A stretch of DNA of 32,000 nt, taken from NCBI RefSeq assembly GCF_023585785.1, contig NZ_CP097765.1:120001-152000 (forward strand), in the 5' to 3' direction. The DNA comes from Blochmannia endosymbiont of Camponotus modoc. Its GTDB lineage: Bacteria; Pseudomonadota; Gammaproteobacteria; Enterobacterales; Enterobacteriaceae. A program made the translations under genes and the position numbers. Of the stretch, positions 18,659 through 27,719 are shown piece by piece (position 1 is the first letter of the stretch; each line of letters opens with the position of its first letter). The notes below the pieces were generated by a model. It worked only from the letters and a program-made list of their open reading frames with translations. It was not told the origin of the DNA and did no database searches.

Positions 18659-19167
18659 TTGAATGAAATGTACTTATATAAAAATAAATAAAAATTATAA
18701 TTATAGTATAATAATTATTTAAAAAAATTGTTTGTTTAGTTATTTATGTTACAATGTTATTCTTGGGAGTTCTACTGGGGACAATTAAATTACCAAAAGA
18801 AGTGTGTTTTTATAAATCAACTTGGTGTTATTCGTTATTTTTATGAGTTATGTATATCTTTATTAAGCATCTGTTATTATATAAATAAATTGTAGTTTGT
18901 TTGCTGTAAATTTTACTATCTTGTAGTGATTAAATCATGAGTATCAGCATACGTGACTATCTTGAAAAATTAATAAATATCTTAATTTAAGATATATTTA
19001 TGTAAAATTTTGTTTTAGACAAAAAATGTGTTGTTTTAATAAAATAGTTATTTACTATTTTGCATGAAATATTCAAACAATCATTTTTACATGATAAATA
19101 TGAAAATGTAATTAGAATTTGTGGTAGTGTTAACTGTTTATGTAATGTAATATATCTCATAATAAAT

Positions 19168-19821
19168 ATGATTTGTAAAGATGATCGCAATACTCTTCGA
19201 GCAAGATTTCGTGGGTTTTATCCGGTTGTGGTTGATGTAGAGACAGCAGGTCTTAACGCTAATATTAATGCTTTATTAGAAATTGCTGTTGCTACACTTA
19301 AAATGGACGAATATGGTTGGTTGTGTGTAGATGGTTCTCTTAATTTTCATATTAAATCATTTCCTGGAGCTATTATTCAGCCAGAATCATTAGCGTTTAA
19401 TGGAATTGATTTAAATAGTCCTTTAAGAGCTGCAGTGACAGAGCAAGAAGCATTACATGAAATTTTTGAAATGGTGCACCAGGGCATCGAAACTCAAGGA
19501 TGTAGCCGTGCTATTATCGTAGCACACAATGCTTTTTTTGATCACAGTTTTTTAATGGCAGCAGTAGAACGCGTAAGTTTTATGGAAAACAATCCATTTC
19601 ACCCTTTTGTTATGTTCGATACAGCTACTTTAAGTGGATTAGTATTTGGTCAAACTGTACTAGCTAAGGCGTGTGCATGTGCGGGTGTTTTTTTTGATAA
19701 GAACAAAGCGCATTCTGCATTATATGACACTGAGCGAACCGCAATGTTATTTTGTGAATTGGTAAATAAATGGAAAAGACTTGGAGGTTGGCCATTAACT
19801 CCTTGTTGTGCTGAGTCTTAA
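19168..19821 (+). CDS. rnt: Ribonuclease T
   Basis: From the ATG at 19168 the protein reads [28 protein letters not shown], against E. coli ...[19 protein letters not shown]. DEDDh residues are present ([26 protein letters not shown]), as is the C-terminal KRLGGWPL. The ORF-track start at 19060 is a TTG adding 36 unsupported residues. Confidence 0.9.
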   Translation: MICKDDRNTLRARFRGFYPVVVDVETAGLNANINALLEIAVATLKMDEYGWLCVDGSLNFHIKSFPGAIIQPESLAFNGIDLNSPLRAAVTEQEALHEIFEMVHQGIETQGCSRAIIVAHNAFFDHSFLMAAVERVSFMENNPFHPFVMFDTATLSGLVFGQTVLAKACACAGVFFDKNKAHSALYDTERTAMLFCELVNKWKRLGGWPLTPCCAES

Positions 19822-19972
19822 TGCTATATCATTAAATACCCGATATTTATTTACGGTTTTCTTGTGTTATAAAGAAGAATTATAAATTTGAATAATCACA
19901 CTTATCTAAATTTTATGTATCTGTATAGTAGCTACTATAATTTTTAATCCTCTTTAAAAAAAATTAAAATAT

Positions 19973-20305
19973 TCAATGTAAATTATGTCTTAGTTTGACC
20001 TGATCAATTAGAGTTTTTAGTGTACCGTTGTGACTCATGTTGATTATGATATCAGATCCACCTATTAATTTTCCTTCTATCCATAATTGAGGAAAAGTAG
20101 GCCAATTAGAAAATATTGGCAGAGCGTTTCTAACATCTACATGAATCAATACGTCAATATAAAAAAACGATTGAGTATAAGCAGACAATATTTGCGCGGC
20201 TTTTGATGAAAAACCACATTTAGGAGCGCTAGGTGTACCTTTCATATATAAAACGATAGGATTTTCTTTTATTTGATTTTTAATTTTTTCTATTGCATTG
20301 TTCAT
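19973..20305 (-). CDS. grxD: Monothiol glutaredoxin (Grx4)
   Basis: 110 aa. IEKIKNQIKENPIVLYMKGTP..PKCGFS (CGFS active site) and NWPTFPQLW..G.L.GG.DI match E. coli GrxD (YdhD). Confidence 0.9.
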   Translation of the reverse strand: MNNAIEKIKNQIKENPIVLYMKGTPSAPKCGFSSKAAQILSAYTQSFFYIDVLIHVDVRNALPIFSNWPTFPQLWIEGKLIGGSDIIINMSHNGTLKTLIDQVKLRHNLH

Positions 20306-20467
20306 GTTGTATTTGTGTTAAAAGTTAAAATTATGCCTAATGGAGCTTAATTATGTGAATATTATTTTTCTTAATGTAGATGGAGCATGTAACGTTTTAA
20401 TATAAATTCTTCTTAATTTCTCATAATTATTTTTTCTTCATAACATCTGTATGTTGATAAACATTAA

Positions 20468-21091
20468 TTATTTTTTTTGCAAATTAACCATAGACCATGT
20501 CCTTTCAAAGTTGTTTATAGCAGATTTTATAATAATGTCAACTTCAATATTTACTATATTGCCTATTGTTTTTCCGCCAAGCGTTGTTTGTATCGCAGTG
20601 TATGGAGTTAAACAAATACGTATATAATTATTGAATATTTTGCTCACTGTAAGACTTACTCCATCTACACCAATTGATCCTTGTTGTAAAACATATTTTT
20701 TAAGATATTTTTTTTTTATACTAAACCATATTATTTTGTTGTTTTTTGAGGTAATTATTTTTATAATTTTTCCAGTGCAGTCAATATGTCCACTCATTAA
20801 ATGCCCACCAATTTCAGAATGATAACCGATCGATCTTTCTATATTGATCAAATCTCCTAATTTTAACATACCTATATTAGTTAGTTTTAGTGTTTCATGT
20901 ATTACATTAAAACTAACTAAATTATATTTCATGGCAATAACAGTTAAACAGCATCCATTATTTGATATAGAACAACCAATTTTTAAATCCGAGAGTAGAT
21001 ATGCGGGTAATATAACTGTATATGTTTTAAAATTGGTTACTTCATAAATTGCATGCACTGGAACAACAGCTTGTATAATACCTGAAAACAT
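20468..21091 (-). CDS. ribE: Riboflavin synthase (alpha chain)
   Basis: From the ATG at 21091 the protein reads MFSGIIQ, against E. coli MFTGIVQ. NGCCLTV, IGGHLMSGHI and GVSLTV are the duplicated lumazine-binding repeat motifs. The ORF-track start at 21100 is a TTG. This gene is also called ribC in E. coli. Confidence 0.9.
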   Translation of the reverse strand: MFSGIIQAVVPVHAIYEVTNFKTYTVILPAYLLSDLKIGCSISNNGCCLTVIAMKYNLVSFNVIHETLKLTNIGMLKLGDLINIERSIGYHSEIGGHLMSGHIDCTGKIIKIITSKNNKIIWFSIKKKYLKKYVLQQGSIGVDGVSLTVSKIFNNYIRICLTPYTAIQTTLGGKTIGNIVNIEVDIIIKSAINNFERTWSMVNLQKK

Positions 21092-21389
21092 ATTTTTCAA
21101 ATACTATTTAATATTGTTTTAAATTATATATAATACTATTATAGCATATATCTATTTTTTATTAAATATCACTTTGAATTGATTTTAAATCAATGTGATA
21201 AAAATGTACTTTTGTAATATAAGATATTCTTAAAACATTTGACGTATGATAAAATTACATGTATTTTACCACGTATAAGTGTGGTTTTTAATAAATCATT
21301 CTGGTTAAGTTGTAGGACGGTAAGAAATAGATAATGTAAATTAATAATACAGTCTATTTGGTAATGGGTTATTAAAGTTGTATTGTTGT

Positions 21390-21463
21390 GCGTTCTTAGC
21401 TCAGTCGGTTAGAGCACTACCTTGACATGGTAGAGGTCGATGGTTCAAGTCCATTAGAACGCA
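21390..21463 (+). tRNA. valV: tRNA-Val (anticodon GAC), no encoded 3' CCA
   Basis: Folded by hand. Acceptor GCGTTCT/AGAACGC (7 bp, perfect); D arm GCTC/GAGC; anticodon arm CTACC-TTGACAT-GGTAG (anticodon GAC); T arm GATGG-TTCAAGT-CCATT (one G.U pair); discriminator A. Similar to E. coli valV/valW and in the same relative position (between ribE and lpp). TTA, not CCA, follows the discriminator. Confidence 0.95.
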
Positions 21464-21731
21464 TTAGTTATTGACAAACATATTAGATTAAAATGATAGT
21501 AATAAGATTTTGTTTATATATAGCGCAAGAAATTAAATAAAAAGATTATTACTTAATGTTGTATTGGACTAAATTAATTTTATTTTTTAATAATCAGATG
21601 ATCAATTCAACGTAATCAATATTGTACGACCAATAGAGTGTTTATTAAAAACTAATAAATAATTATTTGCTAATTATATTTTTATATGAGTTAAATTATT
21701 GAATTATGTTTAATCTGGGAGAGTATTAAAG

Positions 21732-21968
21732 ATGAATAGTAATAGATTAATATGTTCTGCAATTATTTTGAGTTCTTTTGTATTGGCTAATTGTGCGAGC
21801 ACAACTAAAATAAAAGAATTATCTTCTGAAGTGCATGATTTAAACGAAAGAGTTGATCAAATAAGCAGCGACATTGATGTTTTGCGCCCTGAAATAGAGA
21901 AAACAAAAAATGAAGCGGCACGAGCTAATCAACGCATTGATAATCAAATTACTTCTTATCATAAGTAA
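21732..21968 (+). CDS. lpp: Major outer-membrane (Braun) lipoprotein
   Basis: 78 aa, the same length as E. coli Lpp. The heptad coiled coil (LSSEVHDLNERVDQISSDIDVL), AARANQRIDN and the C-terminal Lys (YHK vs YRK) are conserved. The lipobox reads LANC instead of LAGC. GGGAGAG lies upstream of the ATG. Confidence 0.9.
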   Translation: MNSNRLICSAIILSSFVLANCASTTKIKELSSEVHDLNERVDQISSDIDVLRPEIEKTKNEAARANQRIDNQITSYHK

Positions 21969-22087
21969 TAGGAAAAGATGTGGAGAAAAGTATATATATG
22001 TTTAAGAATTCTTTAAAAATAAAAAATAACATAACATCTAATTATAATTAGATAATATAATAAGATTTGATCTAGGATGGCTATAGT

Positions 22088-22516
22088 TTACATAAAGCAT
22101 TTGGCTTGAGATTGTATAGAATCTAGTATCAAGTGTATTCCTTGAGATCGGGACATACTTAGGTTTTGTTTCAATTGTAATTGATTTATTAAAAAGGGTT
22201 TAACATCAAAGTTGGTGATTTCTTGTAAACTTAATCCTTGATATAAACTGAATATTATCGCGATAATTCCTTTAACGATAGAGGAGTTGCTATATCCGTA
22301 TAATTTGATCGATTTGCCATTGGGTACTATAGAGGTAGTCAAAGCAATCCATGTTTGGCTTTGACACCCAGAAATTAAATATTTTTGTGTGCGCATATTT
22401 TCTGGGAATGCAGGTAATAATTTTCCAAGATCAATTATATATATATATTTTTCTTCCCAGTTAATACAACTTAAGAAGTTTTGTAATAACTGGTTTTTTG
22501 TTGGGAAATTTATCAT
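22088..22516 (-). CDS. sufE: Cysteine desulfuration protein SufE
   Basis: 142 aa. NWEEKYIYIIDLG, the SGCQSQTWI active-site Cys region, and SRSQG match E. coli SufE. It is the last gene of the suf operon. Confidence 0.9.
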   Translation of the reverse strand: MINFPTKNQLLQNFLSCINWEEKYIYIIDLGKLLPAFPENMRTQKYLISGCQSQTWIALTTSIVPNGKSIKLYGYSNSSIVKGIIAIIFSLYQGLSLQEITNFDVKPFLINQLQLKQNLSMSRSQGIHLILDSIQSQAKCFM

Positions 22517-22534
22517 CGTTATTAGAGTAATTGT

Positions 22535-23761
22535 TCATTGGTTCAGTAAATGTTGCACTTTAATTAGTCCATCTGCTAAACGATCAATATCTTCCTTGTT
22601 TGTATACATAGCTAAGGATGCACGACACATACCTGGTACTTTAAAATAATTCATAATAGGTATTGCGCAATGATGTCCTGTGCGTATGGCAACGCCATAT
22701 TGATTTAATAACATTCCAATATCATATGAATGATGTATTCCTAAATTAAAAGCAATAATCCCAACTCGTGTACTTGGTCCGTATAATATTAGATTTGGAA
22801 TTTTTTTTAATGTATCTACAGCGTAACGCATTAATTGATCTTCGTAATTATAAATTTTATCAACACCTATTGCATTGACATATTCAATAGCATTGCCTAG
22901 TCCTATGATGCCACTAATATTAGGAGATCCTGACTCAAATTTCCAAGGAGAATCTATAAATGTTGTATCTTGAATTAAACTTACACTTTTTACTATTCCG
23001 CCTCCTACTATCCATGGGGGCATTTTTTGAAGTAATTCTTTTTTTCCATACATAATGCCAGTACCAGAAGGTCCGTATATTTTATGTCCAGAAAATACAT
23101 AAAAATCACAATCTAATTTTTGTACGTCTACTAATCGATGTACGATTCCTTGTGCGCCATCTATTAAAATTAGAGTATCACTTTTTTTTCGTGCTATACT
23201 AATTATTTCTGTTAATGGATTAATTGTTCCTAAAACATTAGAGATATGTGATATCGATAAGAGTCGAGTACGATTATTTATAAGCTTGGATAATCTGGAT
23301 ATATCTAATGTACCGTTAGGAGTTAATGGTATATACTGTAATACAACGTTTTTATTTTTTGATAATACTTGCCATGGAATAATATTGGCGTGGTGTTCCA
23401 TTTCACTAATAATAATATTATCTCCATAATTTGTAAAATTTTGTCCCCAACTGTTGGCAATTAGGTTAATAGCTTCAGTCGTGCTTTTGACAAAAACAAT
23501 TTCTTCTTTAGATGCGTTGATAAAATTAGCTATACGTAGACGTACTGTTTCCATTTGATTAGTTGATTCAGTACTCAACGTGTGAACACCTCGATGCACG
23601 GCGGCGTATTCATTACGATAGTAATGAGTTTGTGAGTCTATGACAATATTAGGTTTTTGAGCAGATGCGGCGCTATCAAGATAAGTAAGAGGGTATTTAT
23701 TTATCATTCGGTTTAATATAGGAAAATCTGATCTAATTTTTTCTATAGGATAAATTATCAT
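22535..23761 (-). CDS. sufS: Cysteine desulfurase SufS (PLP-dependent)
   Basis: 408 aa, colinear with E. coli SufS. Motifs present: YLDSAASAQKP, MEHHANIIPWQ, FYVFSGHKIYGP (PLP Lys) and RTGHHCAIP (catalytic Cys). The ATG overlaps the sufD stop (ATGA, 4 nt). Confidence 0.95.
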   Translation of the reverse strand: MIIYPIEKIRSDFPILNRMINKYPLTYLDSAASAQKPNIVIDSQTHYYRNEYAAVHRGVHTLSTESTNQMETVRLRIANFINASKEEIVFVKSTTEAINLIANSWGQNFTNYGDNIIISEMEHHANIIPWQVLSKNKNVVLQYIPLTPNGTLDISRLSKLINNRTRLLSISHISNVLGTINPLTEIISIARKKSDTLILIDGAQGIVHRLVDVQKLDCDFYVFSGHKIYGPSGTGIMYGKKELLQKMPPWIVGGGIVKSVSLIQDTTFIDSPWKFESGSPNISGIIGLGNAIEYVNAIGVDKIYNYEDQLMRYAVDTLKKIPNLILYGPSTRVGIIAFNLGIHHSYDIGMLLNQYGVAIRTGHHCAIPIMNYFKVPGMCRASLAMYTNKEDIDRLADGLIKVQHLLNQ

Positions 23762-25050
23762 ATTATGATCCTTGCTAAAGCTTTATTGATTCTTTTCGAT
23801 ACAAGATCCTGTAACATAGTATTTTCGAGTGATCCTATAATTTCAATAGCAAAAGCATAGATAAGCATTTTTAAAGCATCTTTTTTTGGAATACCGCGTG
23901 TACTTAGATAAAATAGTTGATTGGTATCAATGTGGCCTATTGTTGCTCCATGACTGCATTTTACATCGTCTGAGTAAATTTCAAGTTTAGGTATACTATG
24001 AATAGTCGCATCTTGGTTCAACAACAAATTATTGTTTATCATTATTCCATCAGTTTTTACAGAATCTGGATTTACTTTTATTAGCCCATTAAACACACCG
24101 GAACTGTAATTACATGCTATTATTTTATGTAATTGCCTGCTTGATGCGTATTCTCGGTTATTGTGTTCTAAATGAGTGCATATGTTCCCAATATCTTGTT
24201 CTGATAGAAAAAGTAAACTATTTAATGATAAAGATGATCCTGAGTGATTGATTTGAGCGCTGGTTCGATGAGATGTAAATTTAGGACCAAGCATAACAAA
24301 GATACTACTGTTTACATTTGAAGATTGTCCTACATTAATATCATTATGTGCTATATGATAACTTGCATTGTTCTCAAATATTAATTTAACGTGATCTAAT
24401 TTAGATCGGTTTCCTGTTGTCATAGACATACGCGCGCCACTGAAATGTCCGTTTTTATTTACACTCATAAAATGTTCTATGACGCATGTGTTAGAGTCGT
24501 GCCCGATTTGAAGATGGTGATGATAATGAGATGTAACTAATTTATTTTTTACGTTAGATCCTTCATTAATATATAGCAAATATAATGGTTTTTTTGTGAT
24601 TTTTTTCGTAGGTAAATTTATGTGTATTGTTGCATCACTTAAGAATTCAGTTAAATATAAAAACATGTCTGATTGAATGGGATTATTAGTCATGTCATGA
24701 CGATTGGGATCACGATTGATTTTGAGGATCCATGGATCGATATTTTTATCACTTAATTCAGGTGAAAATAGACCGTTAATAAATATTAAGCGATAAGCAT
24801 CGATTGGAAGACTTAATTTTTTATATTGAGGGGTATTTAATTCAAAATTTTTAGAAAATTCAAAATTATATGTTAAAAATTCTTCAAATGCAGTATGTTT
24901 CCAACTATCTTTTTTAAGATTTGGTAATCCAAGTATTTTAATGCGTTCCCAATATTTATGTGCCAAATTTGAATTAATATTATTTTTTTGTTTAAATAAT
25001 CCGTACCATTCGTTTAGTACTCGATTTTTATTATCCAGACAACCAACCAT
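23758..25050 (-). CDS. sufD: Fe-S cluster assembly protein SufD
   Basis: SRQLHK, FNGLIKV, KTDG.M.NNNLLL, EIYSDDVKCSHGATIG and QLFYL.TRGI match E. coli SufD. The ATG at 25050 (MVGCL vs E. coli MAGL) overlaps the sufC 3' end by 20 nt. The ORF-track start at 25065 is a TTG. Confidence 0.9.
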   Translation of the reverse strand: MVGCLDNKNRVLNEWYGLFKQKNNINSNLAHKYWERIKILGLPNLKKDSWKHTAFEEFLTYNFEFSKNFELNTPQYKKLSLPIDAYRLIFINGLFSPELSDKNIDPWILKINRDPNRHDMTNNPIQSDMFLYLTEFLSDATIHINLPTKKITKKPLYLLYINEGSNVKNKLVTSHYHHHLQIGHDSNTCVIEHFMSVNKNGHFSGARMSMTTGNRSKLDHVKLIFENNASYHIAHNDINVGQSSNVNSSIFVMLGPKFTSHRTSAQINHSGSSLSLNSLLFLSEQDIGNICTHLEHNNREYASSRQLHKIIACNYSSGVFNGLIKVNPDSVKTDGIMINNNLLLNQDATIHSIPKLEIYSDDVKCSHGATIGHIDTNQLFYLSTRGIPKKDALKMLIYAFAIEIIGSLENTMLQDLVSKRINKALARIII

Positions 25051-25771
25051 AGCCTTTTTCCTCAAGCTTTTTGACTAAAGAGATATCACCAGATTTTACA
25101 ATATGACCTTCATGTAGTACATGAACATAATTTGGTTGAATGTACTCTAAAATTCTTTGATAATGCGTGATAATCACAAATGAACGTATTTTATCGCTTA
25201 ATATATTAAGACCATTATAAACAATCTTTATTGCATCAATATCTAAACCAGAATCTGTTTCATCAAGAATACATAGTAATGGTTCTAACATCATCATTTG
25301 AAGAATATCATTACGTTTTTTTTCTCCTCCAGAAAATCCAACGTTTACTGATCGAGTCAAAAGATCATTAGGCATTTTTAGTAATGCCATATTTTTTTGA
25401 ACAAGCTGTATAAAATCAAACCGATCCATAAGAGGCTGGTGTCTATATTTACGTATAGCATTAACAGCGTGGTGTAAAAATGATTGATTGCTGATTCCTG
25501 GAATATCTACTGGATGCTGAAATGCTACAAAAATGCCTTCCCCCGCACGTTCTTCTGGCTTCAGGAGCAATAAATTTTTATTTTTAAATAAAATTTCTCC
25601 ATTAGTAACAGCATAATCTTGTTGACCAGATAATGTAGCAGATAATGTACTTTTTCCCGATCCGTTAGGTCCCATGATGATATGTATTTCACCGGGGTTA
25701 ATTTCTAAATTTAATTTTTTCAGAATAGATATATTTTTTACGCTGACATTCAAATTTTTTATTAATAGCAT
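25031..25771 (-). CDS. sufC: Fe-S cluster assembly ATPase SufC
   Basis: IMGPNGSGKSTLSATLSG (Walker A), VNVGFSGGEKKRNDILQM, LCILDETDSGLDIDA and EEKGYGWL match E. coli SufC. The ATG at 25771 lies 8 nt downstream of AGGAG. The GTG at 25774 is a one-codon alternative. Confidence 0.95.
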   Translation of the reverse strand: MLLIKNLNVSVKNISILKKLNLEINPGEIHIIMGPNGSGKSTLSATLSGQQDYAVTNGEILFKNKNLLLLKPEERAGEGIFVAFQHPVDIPGISNQSFLHHAVNAIRKYRHQPLMDRFDFIQLVQKNMALLKMPNDLLTRSVNVGFSGGEKKRNDILQMMMLEPLLCILDETDSGLDIDAIKIVYNGLNILSDKIRSFVIITHYQRILEYIQPNYVHVLHEGHIVKSGDISLVKKLEEKGYGWLSG

Positions 25772-25827
25772 CACGACTTCTCCTGTTTTGAATGCTATGA
25801 TTACTGTAAGTACTTACATTATAAATT

Positions 25828-27324
25828 TTATCCAACGCTGTGTTCTAAAGTAATTTCTAGTAATTTTTGTGCTTCTACAGAAAATTCTAGAGGTAATTTA
25901 GAAAATATATCCTTGCAAAATCCATTTACAATCATAGAAATAGCATCATCTTCATTAATTCCGCGTTGCCGACAATAAAACAGTTGATTATCGCTGATAC
26001 GTGAAGTTGTAGCTTCGTGTTCTAACTGTGAATGATTGTTATGTGATTCAATGACAGGAAAGGTATGAGAACTACATTTTTTACCTATCAACATAGAATC
26101 ACACTGTGTAAAATTGCGTGAATTTGAAGCAGTTTTCATAATTTTAACTAATCCTCGATAAGTATTTTGGCTGTTTCCAAGAGCAATGCCTTTTGAAATA
26201 ATGGTTGAACGTGTATTTTCTCCTATATGAATCATTTTTGTTCCAGTATCTGCTTGTTGTGTACCATTGGTAACAGCCACTGAAAAAAACTCTCCAATAG
26301 AGTTTTTTCCTTTTAAAATTACACTAGGATACTTCCAAGTGATAGCAGAGCCAGATTCAGATTGAGTCCACGACATTTTAGCATTTTCTCCAGAACATAG
26401 CGCTCTTTTAGTAACGAAGTTCAAAATGCCACCTTGAGAGTTTTGATTGCCAGAAAACCAATTTTGTACTGTTGAATATTTTACTTGAGCATCTTTTAGT
26501 ACGATAACTTCCACAACTGCTGCATGAAGTTGATAATTATTGTGTATTGGAGCTGAACATCCTTCAATATAGCTCACATAACTACCTTCATCTGCAATTA
26601 AAATAGTACGTTCAAATTGTCCGGTTTTTTTAGAATTCATACGAAAGTAAGTTGATAATTCCATAGGGCAATGTACATTTTTAGGAATATATACAAATGT
26701 ACCATCAGATACAACTGCAGCATTAAGTGCGGCAAAAAAATTATCCTTAAAAGATACTACAGTTCCTAAATATTGGCGTACCAAATCTGGGTAATCTCGA
26801 ATAGCATCGTGAAATGAACAAAAAATGATACCTTTTTTTAGTAAGGTATTACGGAATGTAGTAGATACAGAAACTGAGTCAAATATAGCATCAACTGCTA
26901 CGTTTCCTTTTTCATGCACTGGGATGCCTAATTTATTAAAGGTTTGTTCTACTTCTGTGGTTAAGTATTTTGATTTGTTTAAAAGAGTATTTCTATTTTT
27001 TTGTACTTTGTGGGTTTTTTGTGTAGTTGCACATGCTGGAGCAGAAAAATAGCTATAGGAATTATAGTTGAGTTTTTGATAGTTTCCTTTTAACCAATGC
27101 GGTTCTTTCATATTACACCAAGCATGATAACCTGCAAGCCTAAATTCTAGCATCCATTTTGGTTCTAATCTTTTTTTTGAAATAGTGTATATTATATCTT
27201 TATTAATACCTTGTTTGAGTTCTTCATTATTTAATTTAGTAAAAAAACCTTCCTTATAATACAAATCGTTATTTTTAGATAAATTTCCATTAACATCATA
27301 TATGTTAGAGTTATTACGTATCAT
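25828..27324 (-). CDS. sufB: Fe-S cluster scaffold protein SufB
   Basis: 498 aa, colinear with E. coli SufB. Motifs present: EPKWMLEFRL, CPMELSTYFR, QFERTILIADEGSYVSYIEGCSAP, HAAVVEV, and the C-terminal PLEFSVEAQKLLEITLEHSVG. Confidence 0.95.
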   Translation of the reverse strand: MIRNNSNIYDVNGNLSKNNDLYYKEGFFTKLNNEELKQGINKDIIYTISKKRLEPKWMLEFRLAGYHAWCNMKEPHWLKGNYQKLNYNSYSYFSAPACATTQKTHKVQKNRNTLLNKSKYLTTEVEQTFNKLGIPVHEKGNVAVDAIFDSVSVSTTFRNTLLKKGIIFCSFHDAIRDYPDLVRQYLGTVVSFKDNFFAALNAAVVSDGTFVYIPKNVHCPMELSTYFRMNSKKTGQFERTILIADEGSYVSYIEGCSAPIHNNYQLHAAVVEVIVLKDAQVKYSTVQNWFSGNQNSQGGILNFVTKRALCSGENAKMSWTQSESGSAITWKYPSVILKGKNSIGEFFSVAVTNGTQQADTGTKMIHIGENTRSTIISKGIALGNSQNTYRGLVKIMKTASNSRNFTQCDSMLIGKKCSSHTFPVIESHNNHSQLEHEATTSRISDNQLFYCRQRGINEDDAISMIVNGFCKDIFSKLPLEFSVEAQKLLEITLEHSVG

Positions 27325-27338
27325 AATAATACCTGTTT

Positions 27339-27719
27339 TTAAATGCTAAAACTTTCACCACACCCACAGGAATGTTGGGCCTGAGGATTATTAAATTTAA
27401 ACATATGATTTAATCCTTCTCGTACATAATCTAATTCGGTTCCATCGACAAATGGCATGGCATACAATGGTACGAATAATTTAGCTCCGTTATGTTCATA
27501 CATTAGGCTATTATCATCTAATGATATAACTTTATCCATGAGATATGTAAATCCTGCGCATCCTGATTTTTTTATGGTTACTTTCAATCCTAGTATATTA
27601 GGATCTTTATTTTTTAAGTGAAGAATTTGTTGCGCTGCCGCATCAGTTAGTGTTAGACCATTCCAAGAAACATTTTTTTTGGATATGCAGTGTATATTTT
27701 TTTTGATACCATTTTTCAT
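27339..27719 (-). CDS. sufA: Fe-S cluster A-type carrier SufA
   Basis: W.GLTLT.AAA, GCAGF.Y, GAKLFVPL.AMPF.DGTE.D and the C-terminal CGCGESF match E. coli SufA. The ATG at 27719 is preceded by AAGGA at 8-nt spacing. The ORF-track ATG at 27758 adds 13 residues and has no SD. Confidence 0.85.
   Translation of the reverse strand: MKNGIKKNIHCISKKNVSWNGLTLTDAAAQQILHLKNKDPNILGLKVTIKKSGCAGFTYLMDKVISLDDNSLMYEHNGAKLFVPLYAMPFVDGTELDYVREGLNHMFKFNNPQAQHSCGCGESFSI

Noticed and set aside
21268-21289. Small terminator-like hairpin ACCAC-(8 nt)-GTGGT followed by T5 on the + strand, in the ribE / tRNA-Val spacer.
   Set aside because: The stem is only 5 bp and there is no upstream + strand gene or evident transcript to terminate. 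It could mark an sRNA, but nothing else supports that.
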